This document shows positions 1-6,209 of a stretch of DNA of 13,872 bases, piece by piece. Numbering within the stretch: position 1 is the first letter of the stretch; the number at the start of each line of letters is the position of its first letter. A program made the translations under genes and the position numbers. The notes under the pieces are model-generated. The model did no database searches, was not told the DNA's origin, and was given only the letters and a program-made list of their open reading frames with translations. The DNA comes from an uncultured Clostridia bacterium (lineage in GTDB: Bacteria; Bacillota; Clostridia; Christensenellales; Aristaeellaceae): NCBI GenBank assembly GCA_937907055.1, contig CALCTW010000003.1:1-13872 (forward strand). The letters are read 5' to 3'.

Positions 1-36
1 AAAAGCGCCTGTGCTTTTTTTTGCACAGACGCTTTA
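1..36 (-). terminator. Putative rho-independent terminator in minus orientation, distal to the protease gene
   Basis: Inverted repeat aaaagcgcctgtgc / gcacagacgcttt with one C-A mismatch around a T8 loop (A8 on the minus strand). On the minus strand the stem is followed by TTTT (positions 4-1). The homopolymer loop is atypical and the element touches the window edge. Confidence 0.35.
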
Positions 37-52
37 CTTTGTTGATGGTCTG

Positions 53-92
53 AACGCCCTTCACTCAATATGTGAGTGAAGGGCGTTTTCAT
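53..92 (+). terminator. Rho-independent terminator, possibly bidirectional, between the protease gene and an off-window upstream gene
   Basis: Perfect 14-bp stem aacgcccttcactc (53-66) / gagtgaagggcgtt (74-87) with a 7-nt loop, followed on the + strand by ttttcattt. It lies 29 nt past the stop of the minus-strand CDS at 116, so it could also stall minus-strand transcripts, although there is no U-tail on that strand. Confidence 0.6.
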
Positions 93-115
93 TTGGCCGG
101 GTCGTACGCGGCTGC

Positions 116-1567
116 TTATTCAGCGGCATCCAGGGCGACCATGTTGTTGACCAGTGTCAGCTTATGCGGCATGAACTGCTCCAGACAGAGGGTGCGCATT
201 TCAGCCCCTCCGTCGCAGGAATGAACAGAGACGGGATACATCTGATAGATGTTGGGACGATGGGCACGGTCGGGCGTATCAGGATCAATACGCCACAGAC
301 TGCCGTTATCATCGGAATTGGCAATGAACACTGCCTCGATCATATCGCCCGGATCCGTGGCAGACAGGTTCATCACATAGCCGGTCAGCGTGACCGCGTG
401 CTGATGGGACGCGGTTTCCGGCCGGGTCACCCGGGTGTGATCAAACGCGTCCTCCGCTACCGGGATCTCATCGGTCACCAGCAGGGAATCCTCACTGAAA
501 GGCTCGGCCTTCAGCCATTTGCCGCCGCGGTTGTACAGGTAACCGTTCAGCACCCACAGACGGTCGACAACGCTGCCGTTTTCATCCGTGAAGGAGCCGT
601 CTTCCTGCTCGGTCAGCGGCATTGGGTTGCCGACATCATCAAAACAATAGGCTCCGTAACGGCACTCGGCTCCGGTCACATCCAGTACTTCGGTACGCGC
701 GAAGCTTTGGAGCTGCTCGCTCCAGCATACGGTGTCGTTATCATTGCCGGGCATGTGATAATATTCCTCGTTGAAGCCGATCGACATCCCGACGGCCGCG
801 CCGTTCCGGATACGGCGCGCGATGGATACGAACTCGGCCATGGCCGCGGGCTCGGTGTATGAGGGGTTGTTTTGGTCCAGCGTGCCGTGCAGAAGATCGG
901 CCGGGTCAAAGCCTTCCACTTGGGTGGTGTTGTGATCGGTCCAGCGCTCGCGCAGATCGAGGTCGCGGATCTCACCGGTGAAGAACCAGCGCGCCCCGTG
1001 ATCAGACCAGCCGCCGTTGTTGAGAAAATGGTTTCTGAACAGGGTAAACACATCGTCCTCACTTGCAAAGGGCTCGCCGGTCAGCGGATCGATCGCCTTC
1101 CGCGCCCAGCCGGTGCTCCACAGCATATTGGCAGTGGCGGCAGCCCAGCACATGGAGCTGTCGCCCCACATCTCCTGACGGCGTTCCTCGGTGTCGGTCA
1201 CCAGCCAGTCGCCGGTATCCCAGCTCAGGCGGTTGGTGAATTTTTCGGCATCCACCACATCGCCCTCGATCACCGCGCGGCCGCGGGTGCTCCAGGCATA
1301 CAGCAGCTGTGCCAGCTGTTCGTCTGTCAGCGGCTGTCCGAGACCGTTGATGGCGGCTTCATACTCATTGCCGTTGGCCCGCCAGGTCATCACACAGCGG
1401 CAGCCCGCGGCGGCAGGAAACCAGTTCACATTCAGATCCGTAATGCTTTCAGGCAGCGCGGCTTCCCGCGCGCCGGTCACGGAAACGGTCGTTTCGGCAA
1501 ATACAGCCGCGCTCATCAGCAGCATACAGGCAAGCAACAGCGCGATCAATCGCTTTTTCATGGTCAT
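116..1567 (-). CDS. Secreted papain-fold (clan CA) cysteine protease, closest by eye to the IdeS/Mac-1 (MEROPS C66) family; C10 streptopain-like is the alternative
   Basis: The ORF-track frame 116..1645 is trimmed to ATG 1567 (MTMKKRL); ATG 1561 is equally possible. GGGAGA lies at 1576-1571 on the minus strand just upstream. Sec signal peptide MKKRLIALLLACMLLMSAAVFA/ETT. GDSSMCWAAATANMLWSTGW parallels IdeS DDLLCGAATAGNMLHWWF (Cys codon 1150-1148). HQHAVTLTGY parallels IdeS INHVINLWGA (His codon 400-398). AVFIANSDDNG parallels IdeS AIYVTDSDSN (Asp codons 313-308). EFVSIARRIRNGAAVGMSIGF parallels IdeS EISDLIKKELTEGKALGLSH. Confidence 0.75.
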   Translation of the reverse strand: MTMKKRLIALLLACMLLMSAAVFAETTVSVTGAREAALPESITDLNVNWFPAAAGCRCVMTWRANGNEYEAAINGLGQPLTDEQLAQLLYAWSTRGRAVIEGDVVDAEKFTNRLSWDTGDWLVTDTEERRQEMWGDSSMCWAAATANMLWSTGWARKAIDPLTGEPFASEDDVFTLFRNHFLNNGGWSDHGARWFFTGEIRDLDLRERWTDHNTTQVEGFDPADLLHGTLDQNNPSYTEPAAMAEFVSIARRIRNGAAVGMSIGFNEEYYHMPGNDNDTVCWSEQLQSFARTEVLDVTGAECRYGAYCFDDVGNPMPLTEQEDGSFTDENGSVVDRLWVLNGYLYNRGGKWLKAEPFSEDSLLVTDEIPVAEDAFDHTRVTRPETASHQHAVTLTGYVMNLSATDPGDMIEAVFIANSDDNGSLWRIDPDTPDRAHRPNIYQMYPVSVHSCDGGAEMRTLCLEQFMPHKLTLVNNMVALDAAE

Positions 1568-1597
1568 AAATCTCCCGCATAAGATAGGATATAACGC

Positions 1598-1606
1598 ATT
1601 ATAGCA
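1598..1606 (-). promoter_or_regulatory. Candidate -10 element (TGcTATAAT) for the protease gene
   Basis: The minus strand reads gtgTGcTATAATgcg about 30 nt upstream of the start codon. No good -35 is present (tagatt at 17 nt), which fits an extended -10 type promoter. Confidence 0.35.
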
Positions 1607-1819
1607 CACGGACTTTGGTGAATCTACACCATACGCGCCGGTCAACGCTGTTTTTGCCGGCCTGCCCGGTAAATATACGAAAACGAAAACAAAAACTCAG
1701 TTTAATAAACAAATGATGCTCTTTTTTGCTCTGTGATCCCGGCGCCAAATGCAGTATCTTATCAATGTACCGATGAGGTACACAAAAAGAAGAACAACGG
1801 CACAAGATGCCGGGAAAGT

Positions 1820-1945
1820 AATGACAGGCACAAGGTGCCGGAAAGAAGAGAGATTATGAACAAGCAGATGATGAATATGGAAGAACTGGAACAGGTCAAC
1901 GGCGGTAATATTTTTACTGATGTATGGAATTGGGTCTGCGAAAAG
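1820..1945 (+). repeat. Copy 1 of a ~126-nt tandemly duplicated cassette (5' UTR hairpin, RBS, GG leader and the first ~13 core codons)
   Basis: aatgacaggcacaaggtgccggaaagaagagagattatgaacaagcagatgatgaatatggaagaactggaacaggtcaacggcggt... recurs 246 nt downstream at 2066. The stretch atgatgaatatggaagaactggaacaggtcaacggcgg is identical in both copies. Similarity decays after the GG codons. Confidence 0.9.
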
Positions 1946-2050
1946 ACCATCGAGACCGGGAAGCGCATCGTGAAGGACGGCCCGTTTGTCCGGCCCAATA
2001 TCCTGCCTCCTTTTGACCCCATTATCGCTGATAACGGCAAGGATCAATAA
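1856..2050 (+). CDS. Double-glycine leader peptide precursor 1 (64 aa; 17-aa leader MNKQMMNMEELEQVNGG plus 47-aa core)
   Basis: ATG at 1856 is preceded by the purine-rich ggaaagaagagaga. The leader fits the class II bacteriocin/ComC-type GG leader pattern (acidic E-L-E, hydrophobic at -4, GG at -2/-1). Predicted cleavage lies after codon 17 (1904-1906). Core: NIFTDVWNWVCEKTIETGKRIVKDGPFVRPNILPPFDPIIADNGKDQ. A paralogue lies immediately downstream. The ORF-track start at 1733 would add 41 aa that are not conserved with the paralogue upstream of the shared UTR. Confidence 0.7.
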   Translation: MNKQMMNMEELEQVNGGNIFTDVWNWVCEKTIETGKRIVKDGPFVRPNILPPFDPIIADNGKDQ

Positions 2051-2065
2051 AAACGCGACGAATTG

Positions 2066-2191
2066 AATGACAGGCACAGCGTGCCGGAAAGAAGTAAGAT
2101 TATGAACAAGATGATGATGAATATGGAAGAACTGGAACAGGTCAACGGCGGCAATTTCCTCACGGACGCATGGGACTGGCTCTGCAAGAAG
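2066..2191 (+). repeat. Copy 2 of the duplicated UTR/leader cassette
   Basis: Aligns without gaps to 1820-1945 at a 246-nt offset. UTR differences fall mainly in the hairpin loop (aag versus agc) and in one RBS-proximal position. The leader differs by one codon (CAG to ATG) and one synonymous change (ggt to ggc). Confidence 0.9.
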
Positions 2192-2332
2192 TATCAGAAC
2201 AGAAGCAAGGCCCGCACGCCGGAGGAAAGGGAACAGGAGATCCTGGACAGGATCCGTCCCAAGATGCTGCCCACGAATGAACCGAACGGGATCGATAGAT
2301 TCGACTTCGTGAGAAAACGTGAAACCATTTAA
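2102..2332 (+). CDS. Double-glycine leader peptide precursor 2 (76 aa; leader MNKMMMNMEELEQVNGG plus 59-aa core)
   Basis: ATG at 2102 sits in the same context as copy 1 (ggaaagaagtaagatt ATG). Core: NFLTDAWDWLCKKYQNRSKARTPEEREQEILDRIRPKMLPTNEPNGIDRFDFVRKRETI. It shares N(I/F)(F/L)TD(V/A)W(N/D)W(V/L)C(E/K)K and RP(N/K)(I/M)LP with peptide 1. The ORF-track start at 2063 is a TTG extension. Confidence 0.7.
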   Translation: MNKMMMNMEELEQVNGGNFLTDAWDWLCKKYQNRSKARTPEEREQEILDRIRPKMLPTNEPNGIDRFDFVRKRETI

Positions 2333-2362
2333 CGATCAGGAATCAACACATATCGAATCAAG

Positions 2363-2396
2363 AAACCCATCCTCTGCAAGGGGGATGGGTTTTTGA
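2363..2396 (+). terminator. Rho-independent terminator of the GG-peptide transcription unit
   Basis: aaacccatcc (2363-2372) / ggatgggttt (2384-2393) stem followed by a T-run (gggtttttg), 30 nt after the stop of peptide 2. Confidence 0.8.
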
Positions 2397-2491
2397 TTGG
2401 ATATCACGGGCGGTTATATTGACTGTCCGGTGAGACAATGACAAAAAGCGATATGATCGGCGGATCGGGCAGGACAGCATACTGTATAATC

Positions 2492-2522
2492 AAAAAGCGC
2501 GCCGGATCGTCTGTCCGGCGCG
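2492..2522 (-). terminator. Rho-independent terminator of argH
   Basis: cgcgccgga (2498-2506) / tccggcgcg (2514-2522) 9-bp GC stem. On the minus strand it is followed by TTTTT (2496-2492), 29 nt downstream of the argH stop. Confidence 0.8.
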
Positions 2523-2550
2523 GTTTATATACACTTGTTTTCGGAATTTT

Positions 2551-3927
2551 TTATTCCGCCAGCTTTTCGGCTACATAGGCCAGCTGCTTTTCCACGCTCT
2601 CAAAGCCGGTGCCGCCGAAGGAGATGCGTTTCTTCACGCACTCCACAAGATCGACCGCCTCATAAACATCCGCGTCAAAGAGATCGGAATGCGCCTTGTA
2701 TTTTTCGAGAGGCAGGTTCTCCAGCACCAGATGCTCACGCATGCATTCTGCCACGATCTGTCCGCTGATCTTATAGGCGCTGCGGAAGGGCAGACCCTTG
2801 CGCACCAGATAATCCGCCAGGTCGGTGGCGTTGATGAAGCCTTCGCCGGCGGCCTTCTTCATGTTTTCGGGACGGGTCGTCATGGTGCTCACCATGCCGG
2901 TGAAGATATCCAGACAGGCCTTCACGGTATCGACCGCGTCAAAGATGGCTTCTTTGTCTTCCTGCATATCCTTGTTGTAGGCCAGCGGCAGACCCTTGAG
3001 GGTGGTCAGCAGGCCCATCAGATCGCCGTAGACACGGCCGGTCTTGCCGCGTACCAGCTCCGCCATATCGGGGTTGCGCTTCTGGGGCATGATGCTGCTG
3101 CCGGTGGTGAAGGCGTCGGACAGGGCGACAAAGCGGAATTCCCAGCTGCTCCAGAGGATCATTTCCTCGGCAAAGCGGGACAGATGCATCATCATCACGG
3201 CGATGTCGCTCATCATTTCGAGCGCGAAATCACGGTCGCTCACGCCGTCGATGCTGTTCATGCACACACCGTCAAAGCCCAGCTTCTCCGCTTCAAAGAA
3301 GCGGTCGGTATCGTAGGTGGTGCCGCTCAGCGCGCAGCTGCCGATGGGGCAGATGTTCATGCGCCTGCGGCAGTCCTTCAGACGGTCGATATCGCGCAGC
3401 AGCATCATGGCGTAGGCCAGCAGATGATGCGCGAACAGGATGGGCTGCGCGCGCTGCAGATGGGTATAGCCGGGGCAGACATTTTCCTTGTTCTGCTCCG
3501 CCTGATCGCGCACGGCTTCGATCAGCTTCTTTGTCTTTTCGATAATGGTATCCACCTCATCCAGCAGATACATGCGGATATCCAGCGCCACCTGATCGTT
3601 GCGGCTGCGCGCGGTGTGCAGCTTCTTGCCCACATCGCCCAGACGCTCCGTCAGCACCTGTTCCACAAACATGTGGATGTCTTCAGCTGCCGGATCGATC
3701 CCGAGCGCGCCGCTCCGGATGTCATCCAGAATGGCGGCCAGACCGTCGCAGAGCGTATCGGCCTCGGACTGCAGGATGATGCCCTGTTTGGCCAGCATCT
3801 GCGCGTGCGCCATGGAACCGGTGATATCCTGCGCGTACATACGCTGATCGAAACGGATGGAGGCGTTAAAATCATCTGCCGCCTTGTTGGTGTTCGCGTC
3901 TGTTACGCCTTCCCACATTTTAGCCAT
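2551..3927 (-). CDS. argH: Argininosuccinate lyase
   Basis: 458-aa ORF. N-terminus MWEGVTDANTNKAADDFNASIRFDQRMYAQDITGSMAHAQMLAKQGII is typical ArgH. The fumarate-lyase superfamily signature GSSIMPQKRNPD is present. AAGGAG lies 7 nt upstream of ATG 3927. Confidence 0.97.
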   Translation of the reverse strand: MAKMWEGVTDANTNKAADDFNASIRFDQRMYAQDITGSMAHAQMLAKQGIILQSEADTLCDGLAAILDDIRSGALGIDPAAEDIHMFVEQVLTERLGDVGKKLHTARSRNDQVALDIRMYLLDEVDTIIEKTKKLIEAVRDQAEQNKENVCPGYTHLQRAQPILFAHHLLAYAMMLLRDIDRLKDCRRRMNICPIGSCALSGTTYDTDRFFEAEKLGFDGVCMNSIDGVSDRDFALEMMSDIAVMMMHLSRFAEEMILWSSWEFRFVALSDAFTTGSSIMPQKRNPDMAELVRGKTGRVYGDLMGLLTTLKGLPLAYNKDMQEDKEAIFDAVDTVKACLDIFTGMVSTMTTRPENMKKAAGEGFINATDLADYLVRKGLPFRSAYKISGQIVAECMREHLVLENLPLEKYKAHSDLFDADVYEAVDLVECVKKRISFGGTGFESVEKQLAYVAEKLAE

Positions 3928-4003
3928 AAGACTGCTCCTTTATCTGCCCCGGAAAGGGGAGAAATATCGTATTCACGCGGCACCGGAAACGATGCCGGAA
4001 AAA

Positions 4004-4033
4004 ATTATACACTTATCGCGGGATAAAAATCAA
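4004..4033 (-). promoter_or_regulatory. Candidate sigma-A promoter for argH inside the argG-argH spacer
   Basis: Minus strand: TTGATT (4033-4028), 18-nt spacer, TATAAT (4009-4004). The -35 overlaps the descending arm and T-tail of the argG terminator. Confidence 0.4.
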
Positions 4034-4055
4034 GGGAGCAGAACGCTCCCTTGAT
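4024..4055 (-). terminator. Rho-independent terminator immediately after argG
   Basis: Perfect 11-bp stem atcaagggagc (4029-4039) / gctcccttgat (4045-4055) with a 5-nt loop. On the minus strand it is followed by TTTTT (4028-4024), 21 nt after the argG stop. Confidence 0.8.
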
Positions 4056-4075
4056 CGAATGTTCAGTTTGGAGGA

Positions 4076-5293
4076 TTACTTCTTGCCGTCCACCATGGCC
4101 TGGACCTTGATGGGCAGACCGTAGAGGGTGATGAAGCCGGCGCTGTCCTTCTGATCGTAGTCAGAAGCGCCGAAGGTGGCGATATCCTCGCTGTAGAGGC
4201 TGTTGGGGCTCCACACACCGGCCTTGATGATGTTGCCCTTGTACAGCTTCAGGCGCACCTTGCCGTTGACCTTCTCCTGCGTCTTGTCCACGAAGGCGGA
4301 CAGGGCTTCGCGCAGGGGGGTGAACCACTGGCCGTTGTAAACCAGCTCGGCGAAGGTGATGGACAGACGCTGCTTTTCATGCATGGTCATCTTGTCCAGC
4401 GTGATGCTCTCCAGCGCCTCATGCGCCTTGTACAGGATGGTGCCGCCGGGAGTCTCGTACACGCCGCGGCACTTCATGCCCACCAGACGGTTCTCCACGA
4501 TATCGATGATACCGATACCGTTCTTGCCGCCCAGCTCGTTCAGCTTGAGGATGATGTTCTTGGCGGACATCTTTTCGCCGTCGATGGCCACGGGCGTACC
4601 CTGTTCAAAATCAAGGGTGACATAGGTGGGCGCGTCGGGAGCGGCGATGGGGCTGACGCCCATCTCGAGGAAGCCGGGCTTCTCATACAGCGGCTCGTTG
4701 CCGGTGTCTTCCAGATCCATGCCCTCGTGGGACAGATGCCAGAGGTTCTTATCCTTGGAGTAGTTGGTCTCGCGGTTGATCTTCAGGGGGATGTTGTGCG
4801 CTTCCGCGTAGTCGATCTCCTCATCACGGGACACGATATCCCATTCACGCCAGGGAGCGATGATGGGCATGTTGGGAGCGAAATGCTTGATGGCCAGCTC
4901 GAAGCGAACCTGATCGTTGCCCTTGCCGGTGCAGCCGTGGCAGATGGCATCGGCGTTTTCCTTCAGCGCGATCTCCACCAGACCCTTAGCGATGCAGGGA
5001 CGGGCATGGCTGGTGCCCAGCAGATAATCTTCGTATACAGCACCCGCCTTCATGGTGGGGATGATGTATTCATCAACATATTCTTCGGTCAGATCCAGCA
5101 CATAAAGCTTGCTGGCGCCGGTCTTCAGAGCCTTTTCCTCCAGGCCCTCCAGTTCATCGGCCTGACCCACGTTGCCGCTCACGGCAACGACTTCGCAGTT
5201 ATTATAGTTTTCCTTCAGCCAGGGGATGATGATGCTGGTATCCAGGCCGCCGGAATAGGCGAGAACAACTTTCTTGATGTCTTTCTTGTCCAT
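4076..5293 (-). CDS. argG: Argininosuccinate synthase
   Basis: [20 protein letters not shown] carries the ATP pyrophosphatase P-loop SGGLDTS. The sequence is ArgG-like along its length ([31 protein letters not shown]). The start is trimmed from 5359 to ATG 5293 because GGAGGA sits 7 nt upstream and the 22-aa extension is not ArgG-like. Confidence 0.97.
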   Translation of the reverse strand: MDKKDIKKVVLAYSGGLDTSIIIPWLKENYNNCEVVAVSGNVGQADELEGLEEKALKTGASKLYVLDLTEEYVDEYIIPTMKAGAVYEDYLLGTSHARPCIAKGLVEIALKENADAICHGCTGKGNDQVRFELAIKHFAPNMPIIAPWREWDIVSRDEEIDYAEAHNIPLKINRETNYSKDKNLWHLSHEGMDLEDTGNEPLYEKPGFLEMGVSPIAAPDAPTYVTLDFEQGTPVAIDGEKMSAKNIILKLNELGGKNGIGIIDIVENRLVGMKCRGVYETPGGTILYKAHEALESITLDKMTMHEKQRLSITFAELVYNGQWFTPLREALSAFVDKTQEKVNGKVRLKLYKGNIIKAGVWSPNSLYSEDIATFGASDYDQKDSAGFITLYGLPIKVQAMVDGKK

Positions 5294-5357
5294 TTCTGTA
5301 TCCTCCGTTTTTGCCCGATGGGCACTCGTTACGCACTCCGGTGCATAAACCTTGTTC

Positions 5358-5385
5358 ATTATATCATCGGAGGCGGAGATGTCAA
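5358..5385 (-). promoter_or_regulatory. Sigma-A type promoter for argG
   Basis: Minus strand: TTGACA (5385-5380), 16-nt spacer, TATAAT (5363-5358), about 65 nt upstream of the argG start. Confidence 0.6.
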
Positions 5386-5394
5386 GACTAAAAT

Positions 5395-5408
5395 TGAAAA
5401 ATTATGCA
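5395..5408. promoter_or_regulatory. ARG-box-like palindrome 1 (candidate ArgR/AhrC operator)
   Basis: tgaaaaattatgca matches the ARG-box core TGAATAATTATTCA at 12 of 14 positions. It lies 10 nt upstream of the argG -35. Confidence 0.35.
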
Positions 5409-5425
5409 CAAACTTCAGTATAAAT

Positions 5426-5439
5426 TGTATAACTATACA
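5426..5439. promoter_or_regulatory. ARG-box-like palindrome 2 (TGTATA-AC-TATACA)
   Basis: Perfect 6+6 inverted repeat with 11 of 14 matches to TGAATAATTATTCA, 31 nt from box 1 in the argG/HAD divergent intergenic region. Confidence 0.3.
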
Positions 5440-5476
5440 TAAAACGGCGGTGATATTCAGTGTTATCCCTTTTTTA

Positions 5477-5505
5477 TTGTATTGACGGGCGTTTGTGTGT
5501 ATAAT
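5477..5505 (+). promoter_or_regulatory. Candidate sigma-A promoter for the long + strand operon
   Basis: TTGTAT (5477-5482), 17-nt spacer, TATAAT (5500-5505), 40 nt upstream of ATG 5545. Confidence 0.5.
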
Positions 5506-5544
5506 AAAAAGAAAGATCCGGTCACAGGCCGGCAAGGAGGGCGC

Positions 5545-6198
5545 ATGGGCGTTACGATCTTATTCGATCTGGACGGTACGCTGATCGATACCGAAAAGTA
5601 TTTCAGGATCTACTGGCCGAAGGCCGCGGAGGCGCTCGGTTATCATATGACGGATGAGCAGGCGCTGCAATTGCGCTCGCTCGGCCGTCCTTTTGCCTTT
5701 GATGTGTTCAAAAGTATGTTCGGCGAGGATGTGGATTACTGGGCAATGCGGCAGAAGCGCCGTGAACTGATGGAGCCTGTGCTGGAAAGGGACGGGGTCC
5801 GATTGAAGAAGGGCGTGAAGGAGCTGCTGGAGTATATGTCCGCGCACGGGCATACCGCCGCGATCGCCACCGCCTCCGATGTGGAAAGAACACGGAAATA
5901 TCTTTCCTCGATCGGGCTGGAGGGCTATTTCAGCCGTATCATCTCAGCCACGATGGTGCCCTTCGGCAAACCGGCGCCGGATATTTACCGGTATGCCTGT
6001 GAGCAGCTGGGGATCGCGCCGGGGGACTGCTACGCGGTGGAGGATTCCCCGAACGGCATCACCAGCGCGTATAAGGCCGGGCTGAAGGTGATCATGATCC
6101 CCGATCAGACACCGCCGGATGAGACCGTGCTGCCGATGCTGACCCATGTATACGAAGACGCGGGCCGGATCATCGAACTGCTCCGCGCGCGTGAATGA
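5545..6198 (+). CDS. HAD-IA family hydrolase (beta-phosphoglucomutase/phosphatase-like)
   Basis: AAGGAGG at 5534-5540 precedes ATG 5545. HAD motifs are present: I FDLDGTLIDTE, II AIATAS, III GKPAPDIY, IV VEDSPNGITSA. The ORF-track start at 5482 lies upstream of the promoter -10. Confidence 0.85.
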   Translation: MGVTILFDLDGTLIDTEKYFRIYWPKAAEALGYHMTDEQALQLRSLGRPFAFDVFKSMFGEDVDYWAMRQKRRELMEPVLERDGVRLKKGVKELLEYMSAHGHTAAIATASDVERTRKYLSSIGLEGYFSRIISATMVPFGKPAPDIYRYACEQLGIAPGDCYAVEDSPNGITSAYKAGLKVIMIPDQTPPDETVLPMLTHVYEDAGRIIELLRARE

Positions 6199-6209
6199 CG
6201 GAGGCGGGG

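Noticed and set aside
164-1604. Plus-strand ORFs 164..862, 872..1582 and 1191..1604 (137-236 aa), and minus-strand ORF 676..1068, all overlapping the protease gene
   Set aside because: They are antisense or alternate-frame shadow ORFs of a GC-rich gene. The products are low-complexity and rich in Arg, Gly, Ala and His, with no recognisable motifs or RBS. The 116..1567 minus frame has a signal peptide and protease motifs.
1677-1697. Short A-rich near-repeat acgaaaacgaaaacaaaaac in the protease/peptide intergenic region
   Set aside because: It has only about two and a half imperfect units with no flanking structure. It may contribute to DNA curvature but cannot be distinguished from ordinary AT-rich intergenic sequence.
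1733-2101. Long N-terminal extensions of the two peptide ORFs as given in the track (105 aa from 1733; 89 aa from the TTG at 2063), and antisense ORFs 1697..2077 and 1762..2040
   Set aside because: The two copies are homologous only from the shared UTR element onward. The internal ATGs at 1856 and 2102 sit behind purine-rich RBS-like tracts and give canonical 17-aa GG leaders. The extensions would translate the hairpin region and begin at a TTG in copy 2.
2689-4026. 445-aa plus-strand ORF antisense to argH (and the smaller ORFs 3044..3316, 3599..3847, 3651..3875)
   Set aside because: It runs exactly opposite an unmistakable argH frame. The product is rich in His, Ala, Gly and Gln, with runs such as MHHHHGD. 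Long antisense ORFs are expected at this GC content because stop codons are depleted.
4379-5485. 368-aa plus-strand ORF antisense to argG (and 4356..4625)
   Set aside because: Same shadow-ORF logic. The argG frame has the SGGLDTS P-loop and full-length similarity. The antisense product is featureless and would span the argG promoter region.
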